The notes: a model not told the origin generated them from the sequence alone. A stretch of DNA of 64,000 bases from Rhodoferax sp. (GCF_037143375.1 NZ_JBAWYV010000002.1:15064-79063), one strand, 5' to 3'; counted from the first letter of the stretch, positions 8,417 through 18,301 are shown. A program made the numbers and translations.

Positions 8417-10198
8417 ATGAAGGTACTCGTTGCCGACGACATCCTGGCCAGCCGCCAGGAGTTACTGCAGATCGTGCGAGAACTGGGTCATGAAGCGATT
8501 GAAGCCGCCAGCGGTGAAGAGGCCTTGCACCTGATAGATACCCTGCATCCGGATGTGCTGCTGCTGGACCTGCTCATGCCAGGCATGAACGGATTTGAGG
8601 TGGCTCGGGCCATTCGCAAACGCGTCACAGGCAAATGGCTGCCGGTGATCGTGCTGTCTGCGCTGCAAGGCGATGAACATTACGCGCAGGCCCTGGCCAG
8701 TGGGGCAGCCGATTGCCTGCTCAAACCAGTGAATCCAGCCATCCTCCATGCCAAGCTGCGCCAGTACCAACGCATTTTGGTAATGCAGGACAACTTGTCG
8801 CTGATGGCACAACGCCAGCATGCGATTCACGAACATATTGCCGATGCCATCATCACCATTGACCAGAACGGCCGCATCAGTGAACTCAACCGTGCGGCGC
8901 GGTCGCTATTTGCACTGGGCAACGATCAAGTGCATGACGACGTTTCCATCATGCAACTGACCGGTCTGGAGATGGGCTTTTTGTTAGCCCATGCTGAAGT
9001 AGAGATCCATCTGCAACCCGAGGCCGTCAAGCACTTTTCTGTCTCGTATAACCATTGGCACATGGGTAGCCAGGAGTTCTGCACGATTGCCTTGCATGAC
9101 CTGAGCGAGGCACGCCGCATCGAGCGTATGAAGGACGAGTTTTTAGCCACGGTCAGCCACGAACTTCGTACTCCGCTGACCTCCATACTGGGAGCGCTCG
9201 GACTGCTGGCAGCGGGTGCCGGAGGACCGTTGCCGGAGCGGGCATTGCAACTGGCGCATGTCGCCAAGCGCAACGGCGACCGCCTGAGCCGCCTGATTGA
9301 CGATGTATTGGACCTGACCAAGCTCGAAGGCAACCGCATGCCGCTGAATCAGAGACCAACCGACCTGGCACCCTTGATCCGCGAGGCAGTCAACGCCAAC
9401 ACCGGGTATGCGCAGCGCAGTGACGTCACGCTCCAATTCGAGCACGACACCATGGTGTGCAGGGCCCAGGTCGATCCCGACCGATTTCTGCAAATCATGG
9501 CCAATCTGCTTTCCAACGCCATCAAGCACTCGCCCAAGGGCAAGGTGGTGCGCGTCGATCTGACGCAAAACCAGGGTCAATTGCAAGTGGACGTGGTTGA
9601 CGAAGGGCCGGGTATTGATCCTGCATTTCGCAAGAAGTTGTTTGAAAAGTTTTCACAGGCCGACGGTTCTGACCAGCGCGCCATCGGCGGCACCGGGTTG
9701 GGTCTGTACATCAGCCGCATGCTGGTTGAAAAAATGGGCGGCGCGATCCATGCTGAGTCAAGAGTCACTGGCGGGGCCACCTTCAGCATCACCCTGCCGT
9801 GCCTGACTCAGCCGCACGAAGCGCCCTGGATTCTGTGCATCGCCCAGGACCATCAGTTGCTCGAACGGATGGCAGACTGGCTGTTGGAACTGGGCCGTGT
9901 GGAACTGGTCAACAACCTGGCAGGTGCCGATGCCATGGTCCGGCGCATGGGCCCACCTGCGGCGGTGCTGGCCAACCCGCAGGCACAGGGATCGGTCGAT
10001 GCGTTCTGCGCAGGCCTGTTGTCCTTGCAGATGCCTGCGCGCATTGTCCTGATGAGCGACGCATTTGACGCTGGCTTTGCATCGCGCCAAGGCATGGGAT
10101 GGCTCTCAGCCACCGCCACGCCGCGCCAGGAAATCATCAACCGGGTACGTGCCATGCTGGCCGACCAAAACGGAGGTTTGAACCATGGAAGTGTTTGA
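8417..10198 (+). CDS. hybrid histidine kinase with N-terminal receiver (REC-PAS-HisKA-HATPase plus C-terminal extension)
   Basis: ORF 8291..10198. The start is probably Met43 (MKVLVADD, ATG 8417). Receiver LLLDLLMPGMNGFE, H-box SHELRTPLTSILG, ATPase GGTGLGLYISR. Its 3' end overlaps the next gene. Confidence 0.85.
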   Translation: MKVLVADDILASRQELLQIVRELGHEAIEAASGEEALHLIDTLHPDVLLLDLLMPGMNGFEVARAIRKRVTGKWLPVIVLSALQGDEHYAQALASGAADCLLKPVNPAILHAKLRQYQRILVMQDNLSLMAQRQHAIHEHIADAIITIDQNGRISELNRAARSLFALGNDQVHDDVSIMQLTGLEMGFLLAHAEVEIHLQPEAVKHFSVSYNHWHMGSQEFCTIALHDLSEARRIERMKDEFLATVSHELRTPLTSILGALGLLAAGAGGPLPERALQLAHVAKRNGDRLSRLIDDVLDLTKLEGNRMPLNQRPTDLAPLIREAVNANTGYAQRSDVTLQFEHDTMVCRAQVDPDRFLQIMANLLSNAIKHSPKGKVVRVDLTQNQGQLQVDVVDEGPGIDPAFRKKLFEKFSQADGSDQRAIGGTGLGLYISRMLVEKMGGAIHAESRVTGGATFSITLPCLTQPHEAPWILCIAQDHQLLERMADWLLELGRVELVNNLAGADAMVRRMGPPAAVLANPQAQGSVDAFCAGLLSLQMPARIVLMSDAFDAGFASRQGMGWLSATATPRQEIINRVRAMLADQNGGLNHGSV

Positions 10199-10580
10199 GC
10201 GTGTCATGTGTGTAGAAGATGACGCAGACATACGAACTATTCTGGACTTCAGCCTCGGCGGCATCGGCGGTTTTGGCCTGAGCCTGTGCGCCAGTGGCCC
10301 TGAAGCGCTGGAGCGCGTCGAGGCTTTTCGGCCCCAATTGGTGCTGCTGGATGTGATGATGCCCGAGATGAGCGGACCGGAAACGCTGATCAAGCTGCGT
10401 GCACTGCCGGTGATGCAGGGTGTGCCCATCGTGTTTCTGACCGCCAAGGCCATGCAGGACGAGGTAGAGGCACTGTTGGAATGTGGCGCCACGGGCATCA
10501 TCGTCAAGCCTTTTGATGCAGTGACACTGCCTCAGAACATCCGCATTTACTGGGAGCACGGGCGTGGCAAATCTGCCTGA
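10185..10580 (+). CDS. single-domain response regulator (CheY-like)
   Basis: 131-aa ORF with VMCVEDDADIRT, VLLDVMMPEMSGPE and FLTAK. GGAGG lies about 9 nt upstream of the ATG. It overlaps the kinase stop, suggesting an operon. Confidence 0.85.
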   Translation: MEVFERVMCVEDDADIRTILDFSLGGIGGFGLSLCASGPEALERVEAFRPQLVLLDVMMPEMSGPETLIKLRALPVMQGVPIVFLTAKAMQDEVEALLECGATGIIVKPFDAVTLPQNIRIYWEHGRGKSA

Positions 10581-10863
10581 GGGCATGGCGCCAGCCTTTG
10601 CGGCACAGTTTCTGAAAATTCAGAAAACCTTTGTTGCGGGTCTACCGCAGCGCTTGCAAGACATTCAAAAGGCGCCTGACGCAAACGCACGTCATGTGGC
10701 CCTGCATCGCCTGGCCGGGGCTGCGGGTGGCTATGGCTTTGCAGCACTGAGTGTGCTGGCCCGCGAGGCCATGGAAGCCCAGCAATCAGGCGCAGACTTG
10801 CTATCGGAGGCCGCGCTGCAGCGTCTGGCGCAAGCCATTGCGGAAATACGGCTGACAGGCTGA
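10564..10863 (+). CDS. Hpt (histidine phosphotransfer) domain protein
   Basis: 99-aa ORF with the HRLAGAAGGYGF motif (HxLxG type). A GTG at 10564 overlaps the CheY gene. An alternative ATG at 10585 follows a GAGGG and lies just after the CheY stop. Confidence 0.65.
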   Translation: MANLPEGMAPAFAAQFLKIQKTFVAGLPQRLQDIQKAPDANARHVALHRLAGAAGGYGFAALSVLAREAMEAQQSGADLLSEAALQRLAQAIAEIRLTG

Positions 10864-10890
10864 TGCGAACGCACCACATTTGCTGCAAAT

Positions 10891-10938
10891 ATAATAGCTG
10901 CTCACGCATATAGCACGGGGGCTACAGCCATATTTAGC
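10891..10938 (+). repeat. copy of dispersed palindromic repeat (ACGGGGGCTA family), intergenic / overlapping the 3' end of the GT4 gene
   Basis: ATAATAGCTGCTCACGCATATAGCACGGGGGCTACAGCCATATTTAGC. It shares the TAGCTnnTnnCGC block and the invariant ACGGGGGCTA with 7 other copies. Confidence 0.8.
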
Positions 10939-12019
10939 ATAAATCCAGATGCCGAAGAGCGGTCTGATCCAGCACCTGCAGCAATTTATGCGTGGCGTCG
11001 GTCCACGAATAGGCATGGGCCGTGGCATGGGCGGCCTCTGACATGCTTTGCCACTCGGCATCCGAATCACGGCACAGTGCCACGATGGCATCGGCCATGC
11101 CCTGCACAGACTCCTTTTCAACCAGTACACCACCGCCCTGCCCGATCAGATCGGGTGCTGCGCCAATGGGCACGCCGATAACGGGCGTGCGGCAGGCCAT
11201 GGCTTCGAGGATCGGTAGGCCAAAGCTGTCCAGGCGCGAGCCAAATAGCCAGTAGTCGCAAGCCGCGTAATGCAAACGCAAATCCTGCTGCGCCGGGCGG
11301 TAGAAATATTGAGTGCCCACAGGCAGCGGCAGCTCGGCAGATACTGCCTCGGTGCCAAAGGCCAGCACCTGCAGATCGGGAATCTGCTGGCGTGCCAGTG
11401 CACAGGCAGCAATGCAGATGTCGCTGCCTTTGATGGCCGCATGGGCATAGATGAAGCCCACGCGCGGCGGGCGATTGCGCACTCTCAGCGGTGCATTGAA
11501 CTGCTGCAAATCGACCGCATTGGCCACCACCGTCATGGGCAGGGAACCTAACGCCTCTTCAATGGTTTGGGCCAACCCGCGTGAAATCGCCAGCTTGGTA
11601 TTGGGCAGACGCAGGGCGGCATGCAGTTGAGGCAGTACCTGCGGTCCAAACCACGCTTCATAGCCTTGGATCAGGTGGACCTTGCGACCCTTGGCCGCGC
11701 TAAAGCCATGCATCCAGACCGCCGTCTCCCACCAAGTGGCCACCACCACATCGGCATCGGGCACATCCGCCTCACCAATCGGGCCCAAACGTGGCATCAC
11801 TTTGTGCGGCACACCCGAAAGTGCAATATGGCCCACCGGTCCTGGCTCTTGGGTCGGCGCGAACAGCGCACGCAAACGTTGCCGCCAGGGTAGCGGGTCT
11901 TGTGCGCATGTCACCACAAGCACCTCGTGACCGAGCTTTTGCAGTTCGCTGGCATACACCGCGATGACACGGGCACCTCCGGTGAAGTTGTCACTGGGCA
12001 ATAGAAAGGTAAATCGCAT
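10934..12019 (-). CDS. glycosyltransferase family 4 (GT-B)
   Basis: 361-aa ORF. N-terminus MRFTFLLPSDNFTGGARVIAVYASELQKLGHEV. C-terminal GT1/GT4-type block FGLPILEAMACRTPVIG. Confidence 0.8.
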   Translation of the reverse strand: MRFTFLLPSDNFTGGARVIAVYASELQKLGHEVLVVTCAQDPLPWRQRLRALFAPTQEPGPVGHIALSGVPHKVMPRLGPIGEADVPDADVVVATWWETAVWMHGFSAAKGRKVHLIQGYEAWFGPQVLPQLHAALRLPNTKLAISRGLAQTIEEALGSLPMTVVANAVDLQQFNAPLRVRNRPPRVGFIYAHAAIKGSDICIAACALARQQIPDLQVLAFGTEAVSAELPLPVGTQYFYRPAQQDLRLHYAACDYWLFGSRLDSFGLPILEAMACRTPVIGVPIGAAPDLIGQGGGVLVEKESVQGMADAIVALCRDSDAEWQSMSEAAHATAHAYSWTDATHKLLQVLDQTALRHLDLC

Positions 12020-12039
12020 AGGGGAACGGTGAGTAAAGT

Positions 12040-13422
12040 TCAGCGGAGCAACAGGTCGAGCAGCCTATGCATGAGCCAAGCGATGGCCCCGGCCAGCAGC
12101 AGTGCCAATGGCCAGACGACCTCGGATTTCCAGGACATCAGGCCCTGGCGTAACTTGAAAACTATAGCCACCGGCCAACCGGCAAACTGGCTGGCCACCA
12201 CCGCCAGCACCGCGCCTTGAACACTGCCCAACGCATAACCCAGCGGCACCAGAACCACCAGTGCCAGCGCGCGCAGCGTGTTGCTCAAGGTCACCCAGCC
12301 GGGGCGATTGCGGGCAAACATCATCTGCTCCAGCACCTGGTAGCGCATGGCCACCAAACCCAGAGCCAACATCTGCAACATCCAGCCAGCCTCGGCATAA
12401 CGAACATCGTACAGAATGCGCACCACCCAATCGCCCAGCACCAGGGTCAGGCCAGCAATGCTGCCAAGGATGGCATCGGCGATTTGCTGTATGCGGGTAT
12501 AGACCTTGTGGGCGGCCGCATCGCCGCTGCGCAGCGCTTCGCTCAGACCAGGAAACACCAGATGCGCATTGAGGTTGCCCACCAGGCCAATGATGGCAGC
12601 CAGCAGCAGCGAGGCGATGGAGAACACGCCAAAGTCCTGCGCTGCCAATACACCGCCCAGAATCAATTTTTCGCCATTGGAGGCGGCAAAGCCGATGATG
12701 GAGGAGAGAAAAATCCACTTGCCGAAACCGACTATGTCATGCAGGCTGGCACGGTCCCAACAAGGCTTGTAGGCGGGGCCATGAAACAGGGTGTGGCTGA
12801 GCACGGTGCGCGCCAGCGTGGCGGTGACGGTGCCCAGCAGCAGGCTCCAGACCGAGTGCGTCCAGAGCGCGCAAGAAATAGTCACCACCATGCCGGCCAG
12901 TTGCGTCAGCAGTTCAAGGCGCGTAAGCAGCCGGGTCTGCAGTGCGCGCTGGGCGGTGGCAATGTGCATGGACTCTGCCCCTTGCAGCAGGGCACTGAGT
13001 GCGAACACCAGCACCATGGCGGGTAGACGTGCATCGGCATAGACGGTGTCGGCACGGAACGGCGCATAAACCGCGCACAGCTTGAGGCCCAGCGCAATCA
13101 TCGCCACGATGGCAGCCAGCAGCACGCCACGGGCGAACTGCACTGAGAACGCGGTGCCCAGAAATTTTGTCTGCTCGCCTCGCGGATGGGTCACCACGCT
13201 TTGCCAGACGCCCAGGTCGGAGAACATCACCAGCGCAAAGTACAGGGTTTGCACTGCGGCCATCAGACCAAAGGACTCGGGCAACAGCAAGCGCGTCAGC
13301 ACCAGGCTGCTGAGCAGCCGCAGGCCTTGCGACGCCACATTGCTGCCCACCAGCCAAGCCGCTGCGTGCAACATGCGGCGCTGCAAGGAGGGTCCGTTGT
13401 CAGCCCCGTCGGCCACTACCAC
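12040..13422 (-). CDS. oligosaccharide flippase (Wzx / MOP superfamily polysaccharide biosynthesis protein)
   Basis: 460-aa ORF, hydrophobic throughout (about 12 predicted helices). The N-terminus AAWLVGSNVASQGLRLLSSLVLTRLLLPESFGL is typical of Wzx-like proteins. It overlaps the upstream GT2 stop by 7 nt. Confidence 0.75.
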   Translation of the reverse strand: MVVADGADNGPSLQRRMLHAAAWLVGSNVASQGLRLLSSLVLTRLLLPESFGLMAAVQTLYFALVMFSDLGVWQSVVTHPRGEQTKFLGTAFSVQFARGVLLAAIVAMIALGLKLCAVYAPFRADTVYADARLPAMVLVFALSALLQGAESMHIATAQRALQTRLLTRLELLTQLAGMVVTISCALWTHSVWSLLLGTVTATLARTVLSHTLFHGPAYKPCWDRASLHDIVGFGKWIFLSSIIGFAASNGEKLILGGVLAAQDFGVFSIASLLLAAIIGLVGNLNAHLVFPGLSEALRSGDAAAHKVYTRIQQIADAILGSIAGLTLVLGDWVVRILYDVRYAEAGWMLQMLALGLVAMRYQVLEQMMFARNRPGWVTLSNTLRALALVVLVPLGYALGSVQGAVLAVVASQFAGWPVAIVFKLRQGLMSWKSEVVWPLALLLAGAIAWLMHRLLDLLLR

Positions 13423-14396
13423 GGCTTGATCGGGCTGGTACTGCCGGAGTCCGTATCAGCCCAGGCCTGGCGCAGTTGGGTGCAGTGCATGGCCATGTCG
13501 CTGGCCTTGTCGGTCTGGCAACGCCAGGCAGCGCGCAGGCCGCGCAGTCGGTGCCAACCCCACTCGATGGCCATCAGGCCCAAGGCACCCGCCAGGCCGT
13601 GATGCTTTCGGTAATAGAGCATGGCGCTGCGCATGCGCCAGCTTTCAAGTTGGGAGCCAGCGCGCGAAACGCGTGCGCTCTTGACCGTCTTGGCCGAGGC
13701 CCCGCCAATGTGCACGGCCTTGAGGCGCGGCCAGTAGAGCACTTTATATCCGTTCTGCTGCAGGCGGCGGCACAGGTCCACCTCTTCGTAGTACATAAAG
13801 AAGCGCTCATCAAAACCACCCAGTTTCAGGAACACGCTGCGCGGCAAAAACACAAAGGCACCAGGTATCCAGTCCACTGCGGCATCCTGCTCTGGGTCGG
13901 CCCAGCGCCGATCCAGCCGCGCAAAGGTGCGGCTCTGCGGGTATTTGGCGGCCAGCCCGGACATGGTGAAGATTTCATCGCGCAAGGTGGGAAACATGCG
14001 CGCCGAAGGCTCACGCTCGCCACGGGTATTGCGCAACTCACCACCGGCCATGCCAGCCTCGGGGTGTGCGTCCATCAGGGCGATGCCCTGGGCCAGTGCG
14101 CCCGGTGCTGGGACTGCGTCCGGATTGAGCAACAGCAGGTAACGTCCGCTGGCGCTTTGAGCGGCGAGGTTGTTACCGGCGGCAAATCCAAGGTTGACAC
14201 AGTTAGGCACCTGTTTGACCCAAGGGTGCAGCGCGGTGACCAATTCAGCGGTGCCATCACGTGAGCCGTTGTCCAACAGCACTACTTCAGCCTGCCAACC
14301 AAATGTTTCGCTATGGATTTCGGCCTTCAGTTGGCTTAGCAGCGCGTCCATCAGAGGCGCGGAGTTGTAGGTCACGATCAGTATGGAGAGGTCCAT
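13416..14396 (-). CDS. glycosyltransferase family 2
   Basis: 326-aa ORF with LSILIVTYNSAPL, VVLLDNGSRDGT, and FMYYEEVDLCRRL (ED-type motif). Confidence 0.85.
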   Translation of the reverse strand: MDLSILIVTYNSAPLMDALLSQLKAEIHSETFGWQAEVVLLDNGSRDGTAELVTALHPWVKQVPNCVNLGFAAGNNLAAQSASGRYLLLLNPDAVPAPGALAQGIALMDAHPEAGMAGGELRNTRGEREPSARMFPTLRDEIFTMSGLAAKYPQSRTFARLDRRWADPEQDAAVDWIPGAFVFLPRSVFLKLGGFDERFFMYYEEVDLCRRLQQNGYKVLYWPRLKAVHIGGASAKTVKSARVSRAGSQLESWRMRSAMLYYRKHHGLAGALGLMAIEWGWHRLRGLRAAWRCQTDKASDMAMHCTQLRQAWADTDSGSTSPIKPW

Positions 14397-14398
14397 GG

Positions 14399-15610
14399 TC
14401 AGGCCTTGGAAAACTGGGTAAACACGCCACCGAGGGCGCGCACGTTGGAGAACAAATCAAACTGACGGGTGACCTTGGCATAAGCGGCCAGCGCCATGCG
14501 CTGGCGTAGCTCGGCGTTGGTGCACAACAGGGTAAGTTGCGTGACCAGGCTATCCACATCGCCGGGCGTGGCCAGCAGACCGGTGTGACCGTGTTCAATC
14601 AGTTCCGGAATGCCATTAACCGGCGTGGAGATGCAGGGCACATAGGAGGCCATGGCCTCCATCAGCACCACGGGAATGCCTTCGGCCAGGCTGGGCAGCA
14701 CAAACGCATCCGAGCGGGCCAGCTCTGCGCGCACGCCTTCCTGGGTTAGCGAGCCGGTCAGGCTGACCTGCGACTGCAAATGCAACTTGGCAATTTCGGC
14801 TTCCACACGGCCACGGTCCGGGCCGTCGCCGACCATGGTCAGATGAAAGGGCACGCCACGGTCACGCAGTTGTGCGCAAGCTTGTATCAGGAGCACCTGG
14901 CCCTTGGCAGGCGTCAGGCGTCCAATGCTGACGAGTTGCGGCACGGCGGCTGACACGGCGCGCGGTGTGGCCTGAAATACGCTGGCGTCCACGCCCAGAC
15001 GGCAGACGGTGAACTTGGGCCAATCGGCGGGTGAACTGATGCGCATGAGCTGGCTGCGTGCAAACTGGCTGATGCAAACGATGGCGTCGGCGGCATGCAT
15101 CTTGAAGGCCAGTTGCTGGCCGGGCACATCGTCAAACTCGTCGGGTCCGTGGATGGTGTAGGACAGATGACAGCCCGTAAGTTGCTTGACCAACACACCC
15201 ACGCTGGCACCGGCGTTGCCGAAGTGGACATGCAGATGGGCCAGTGACTGGCGCTGCATCCAACGCGCCACCATGGCGGCCTCGACCGTATAGGCCAGGC
15301 CTTTGACCAAGCCGAAGCGGCGTGATGCGCCCCATGTCTTCAGCAAGGCAGACGGCGCATGCAAGGCCCAGTAGCCCAGGGCAGCCAGGGCACCGGCAGC
15401 ACCGTGCTGCTTGACGCCATAGGTCTGCTCGGCCTCGGTACGTTCAGTGGCGTCCATGGTCTCCAGGCTGCGGTCGGGTGCATTGATGGAGGCCGTATGA
15501 ATTTTGTAGCCTAGAGTGCGCAGGTGCGCAATCTCGCGCAGGATGAAGGTATGCGAAATGGCCGGGTAGCGGCTCACCAGATAGGCCAGGGGAACGCAGG
15601 TATTGGACAT
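14399..15610 (-). CDS. glycosyltransferase family 4 (WcaL-like)
   Basis: 403-aa ORF. N-terminus LAYLVSRYPAISHTFILREI is typical of WcaL-type GT4 enzymes. C-terminal LPSLAEGIPVVLMEAMASYVPCIST block. Confidence 0.8.
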   Translation of the reverse strand: MSNTCVPLAYLVSRYPAISHTFILREIAHLRTLGYKIHTASINAPDRSLETMDATERTEAEQTYGVKQHGAAGALAALGYWALHAPSALLKTWGASRRFGLVKGLAYTVEAAMVARWMQRQSLAHLHVHFGNAGASVGVLVKQLTGCHLSYTIHGPDEFDDVPGQQLAFKMHAADAIVCISQFARSQLMRISSPADWPKFTVCRLGVDASVFQATPRAVSAAVPQLVSIGRLTPAKGQVLLIQACAQLRDRGVPFHLTMVGDGPDRGRVEAEIAKLHLQSQVSLTGSLTQEGVRAELARSDAFVLPSLAEGIPVVLMEAMASYVPCISTPVNGIPELIEHGHTGLLATPGDVDSLVTQLTLLCTNAELRQRMALAAYAKVTRQFDLFSNVRALGGVFTQFSKA

Positions 15611-15622
15611 GGAAAAATAACC

Positions 15623-16204
15623 TCAGGCAGAAAATGACAGAGCGCGTGCGCGTGCAGGCACACCCACGGCACAGGAAGAAGAAGCCACATCGTGGGTGAC
15701 CACGGCATGGGCACCGATGATGCTGTTGGCGCCGATTTGTACGCCCTTGAGTACGCAGACGCCACGCCCAACCCAGACATTACGGCCCAGCGCAATGGCG
15801 GCACAGTCGTGCCCGCTGTCGCGCATCGAAACCTGGCTTTTTTTATGGTCAGCATCGCGCAGGCTGGCGTACTCGCCCAGCATGCAGTTGTCGCCCAGGG
15901 TGATGGTTGCAAAGGCCACGATGTGAACGCCGCGCGACAGCACCACGTTGTCGCCAATCACGATGCGCCCTGCCCCTTGCGTCTCCAAGACCACACCTGG
16001 GTAGATGCGGGCGTTACGTCCGATGCGAATATTGGCCGTGCCTTCCACGCTGACTGGCCCCAAAATCACATTGGACACATGCAAGGGACTGCGCAGGCTC
16101 GCGCGAAGGCGAGCAAAGCTCCACAAAGCAAGCAGTTTGGCGCCCAAGGTTTGCTGGCCACAGGCCAGTGGCCACAGCAGCCAGGACAGAATATTCTTGG
16201 TCAT
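15623..16204 (-). CDS. hexapeptide-repeat O-acetyltransferase
   Basis: The listed ORF 15623..16435 overlaps the upstream gene. The in-frame Met78 (MTKNILSW, ATG 16204) starts 5 nt after that gene's stop. It has left-handed beta-helix repeats (IGRNARIYPGVVL, IGDNVVLSRGVHI, LGRNVWVGRGVCVLKGVQIGANSIIGAHAVV). Confidence 0.8.
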   Translation of the reverse strand: MTKNILSWLLWPLACGQQTLGAKLLALWSFARLRASLRSPLHVSNVILGPVSVEGTANIRIGRNARIYPGVVLETQGAGRIVIGDNVVLSRGVHIVAFATITLGDNCMLGEYASLRDADHKKSQVSMRDSGHDCAAIALGRNVWVGRGVCVLKGVQIGANSIIGAHAVVTHDVASSSCAVGVPARARALSFSA

Positions 16205-16208
16205 GGGT

Positions 16209-17210
16209 TTACTCCTTGTAGTCCACCAGTGCCAAGCGCTGAGAGCGCGCATGGGCACGTTTCCAGGCCAGCTGACCAAAGAAAGCAGGAATTTTTTGCA
16301 CATGCGAATGCAGCGCGTACTGAAGCGCCAACACTGCATCGCCAGCGGCCCGCTCACGGCAGCGCCAAGCGCTGCGCAGCACAACCACCACGCCCAGCGC
16401 AGCCAGCAAGCCACCCGCCAACACATGCAGCGCAAAGGCCATCAGCAGCAACAGGGGTGCGGTCACATACAGCAGACCGTGCATCAGGTCACGGCGGGCT
16501 TCGTGCTGCCACAGTGCGTCGCCCAGGGCTTGCATTCGATGGGTCACCTCGGCATAGGCGATGCCCGAGCGGTAGCAGCGCCGCGCATAGGCCTTGAAAC
16601 TGCGCACGGCCAGGTCGTGACGGGTCATCGGAGCGTCGATATGCAGGATCTTCCAGCCCTTGCTTCGCAAACGGGCGCACAGTTCAGGCTCCTCGCCGGC
16701 GTTGAGCGTGGCATCGAAACCGCCCACCTGATCCAGCGCACGGCGCCGCACCAGTACGTCGCCGCCAAAATACGGACTAATGCCGGGTGGGTATATCCAG
16801 TCCAGATCCAGCACGCGGGTGTAGATCGATTGCTGCGGATTCGACTCGCGACGATGACCCCAAGCTGCACACAGGCTGCTGTCATTCAGGGCGGTCAGCG
16901 CATGGGTCACAAATTCCGGATGCAACTCGGTATCACCATCCAGAAACAGGATGAATTCGCCAGATGCGGTGTTCCAACCCAGGTTGCGCGCCTTGGCCGC
17001 GCACATCGGGCCTTCGGGCAGCACCAGCGTCTGTGCGCCCTGCGCCTGGGCCAGTGCCAGGCTGTCATCAGTGGAGCGGGAATCGACATACCAGATGTCG
17101 TGCTGTAGCACGCCCCAATGGGCCTGCTGCACCGAGGCGATGCATCGTTGCAGACGCTTGCCTTCATTGCGGCCGATGATGACGACCGAGACCGTGGGTG
17201 CTGTGACCAT
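16209..17210 (-). CDS. glycosyltransferase family 2 with C-terminal membrane helices
   Basis: ORF 16209..17252. Met15 (MVTAPTVSVVIIGRNEG, ATG 17210) begins just after the upstream stop. Motifs VSVVIIGRNEG, DSRSTDDS and FLDGDTEL, with hydrophobic C-terminal segments (LLYVTAPLLLLMAFALHVLAGGLLAALGVVVVL). Confidence 0.8.
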   Translation of the reverse strand: MVTAPTVSVVIIGRNEGKRLQRCIASVQQAHWGVLQHDIWYVDSRSTDDSLALAQAQGAQTLVLPEGPMCAAKARNLGWNTASGEFILFLDGDTELHPEFVTHALTALNDSSLCAAWGHRRESNPQQSIYTRVLDLDWIYPPGISPYFGGDVLVRRRALDQVGGFDATLNAGEEPELCARLRSKGWKILHIDAPMTRHDLAVRSFKAYARRCYRSGIAYAEVTHRMQALGDALWQHEARRDLMHGLLYVTAPLLLLMAFALHVLAGGLLAALGVVVVLRSAWRCRERAAGDAVLALQYALHSHVQKIPAFFGQLAWKRAHARSQRLALVDYKE

Positions 17211-17214
17211 GGGT

Positions 17215-18240
17215 TTAGTAGTACTTTTTAAATGTGAGGTAATTGATACCAAAATCCAAAACCTGAATGGTCGGTGTTATTTGGCGCAGAAAGTATCCGA
17301 ATTCGCCCAAACCACTGCGCGGCAGAAACAGGACATCGCCGTCTTCCAGGGCAAAGTTGACGGCACGCGCCGGATTGATGAGGTCGGCAAATGTAATCTC
17401 TTGAATACTGTTGTTGCCGACGCGGTACAGGCCAATCTTTTCGGGCTTGGCATCTTCAGTCGGCCCACCGGCCTGGGCCAGCGCATCCAGCACCGTCATC
17501 CGGGGTGTCAGACGGTAAGAGCCGGGGCGGACCACTTGGCCCAGCACATAGATGGAAGTATCGGAAGAGTCGGGGATGAATACGATGTCGCCCTTCTTCA
17601 TTCGCAGGTTGTAGGCCGGGTCACCATTGAGCAGGGCCTTGAGGTCTACCCAGATCAGCTTGTCGCGCCCGCGCATGATGGCGCAGCGCGTCAGCGTAGC
17701 CTGCTTGTCCAAGATAGGCATGGCACCCGCTCCGGCCAGCACTTCGGCCAACGTGGGGGACTGGGCGAATTTCTGTACGCCGGCATGCTCCACCCGGCCC
17801 AGCACAGTGACCTGGTTGGAGGTGTACTCGTCCACGATCAGGCTGACAAAGGGCTGGGTGAAAAACGTGCGCAAGCGCTGCGTTACCAGGTCGCGGCCTT
17901 CTTCACGGGTAAGCTCACTCAGGGCGATATCACCGGCCAGTGGCAGGGTGATCTTGCCGTCCGGCCCGACAATGTGCTTGCCACTCACTTCGGGGCGACC
18001 AAACACTTCCAGCCGCACCACATCACCACTGCCCATGCGGTAGACCGGGTTGTTTGACTCCTCGATCAGAGCCAGGTCTTCCTTGGACATGAGTGCCGTG
18101 GTGGACTGCTTTTCAATGGGACGAAAAGTCTCTGCATGCACTGGCGGTTTGCCGGCACATGCGCTCAACAGGGTCAGGATGAGCAGACACAGCAGGCTGA
18201 GCAAGGGGGTGGAGTGTAGGCAGGACCTTAGGTTTGTCAT
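17215..18240 (-). CDS. polysaccharide export outer-membrane lipoprotein (Wza/OPX family)
   Basis: 341-aa ORF. Signal peptide plus lipobox LTLLSAC. Poly_export-type motif YRMGSGDVVRLEVFGRPEVSGKHIVGPDGKITLPLAGDIALSELT. SLBB-like repeats (KKGDIVFIP, EDGDVLFLP). Confidence 0.85.
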   Translation of the reverse strand: MTNLRSCLHSTPLLSLLCLLILTLLSACAGKPPVHAETFRPIEKQSTTALMSKEDLALIEESNNPVYRMGSGDVVRLEVFGRPEVSGKHIVGPDGKITLPLAGDIALSELTREEGRDLVTQRLRTFFTQPFVSLIVDEYTSNQVTVLGRVEHAGVQKFAQSPTLAEVLAGAGAMPILDKQATLTRCAIMRGRDKLIWVDLKALLNGDPAYNLRMKKGDIVFIPDSSDTSIYVLGQVVRPGSYRLTPRMTVLDALAQAGGPTEDAKPEKIGLYRVGNNSIQEITFADLINPARAVNFALEDGDVLFLPRSGLGEFGYFLRQITPTIQVLDFGINYLTFKKYY

Positions 18241-18301
18241 GCCTGCAAGTGTCAGCGGCTGTCGGTTATATATCGTTACCGAAATGTGAACTTCTGCAAG
18301 C

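Noticed and set aside
15692-18057. Long plus-strand ORFs (15692-16597, 16005-17108, 16951-18057) opposite the EPS genes. Similar cases lie opposite guaB, typA, truB, infB, the flippase and others (for example 35585-36658, 43096-44241, 44245-45300, 47851-48723, 12217-13026, 7560-8306).
   Set aside because: These are shadow ORFs typical of GC-rich DNA. Their translations are Arg/Ala/Gly/His/Pro-rich with no motifs. Each lies antisense to a gene with strong family signatures.
18265-18290. Sigma-70-like promoter upstream of the Wza-like gene (TTCACA ... TATAAC on the minus strand) overlapping the shared motif.
   Set aside because: Careful counting gives only a 14-nt spacer between the hexamers, which is shorter than functional sigma-70 spacing.
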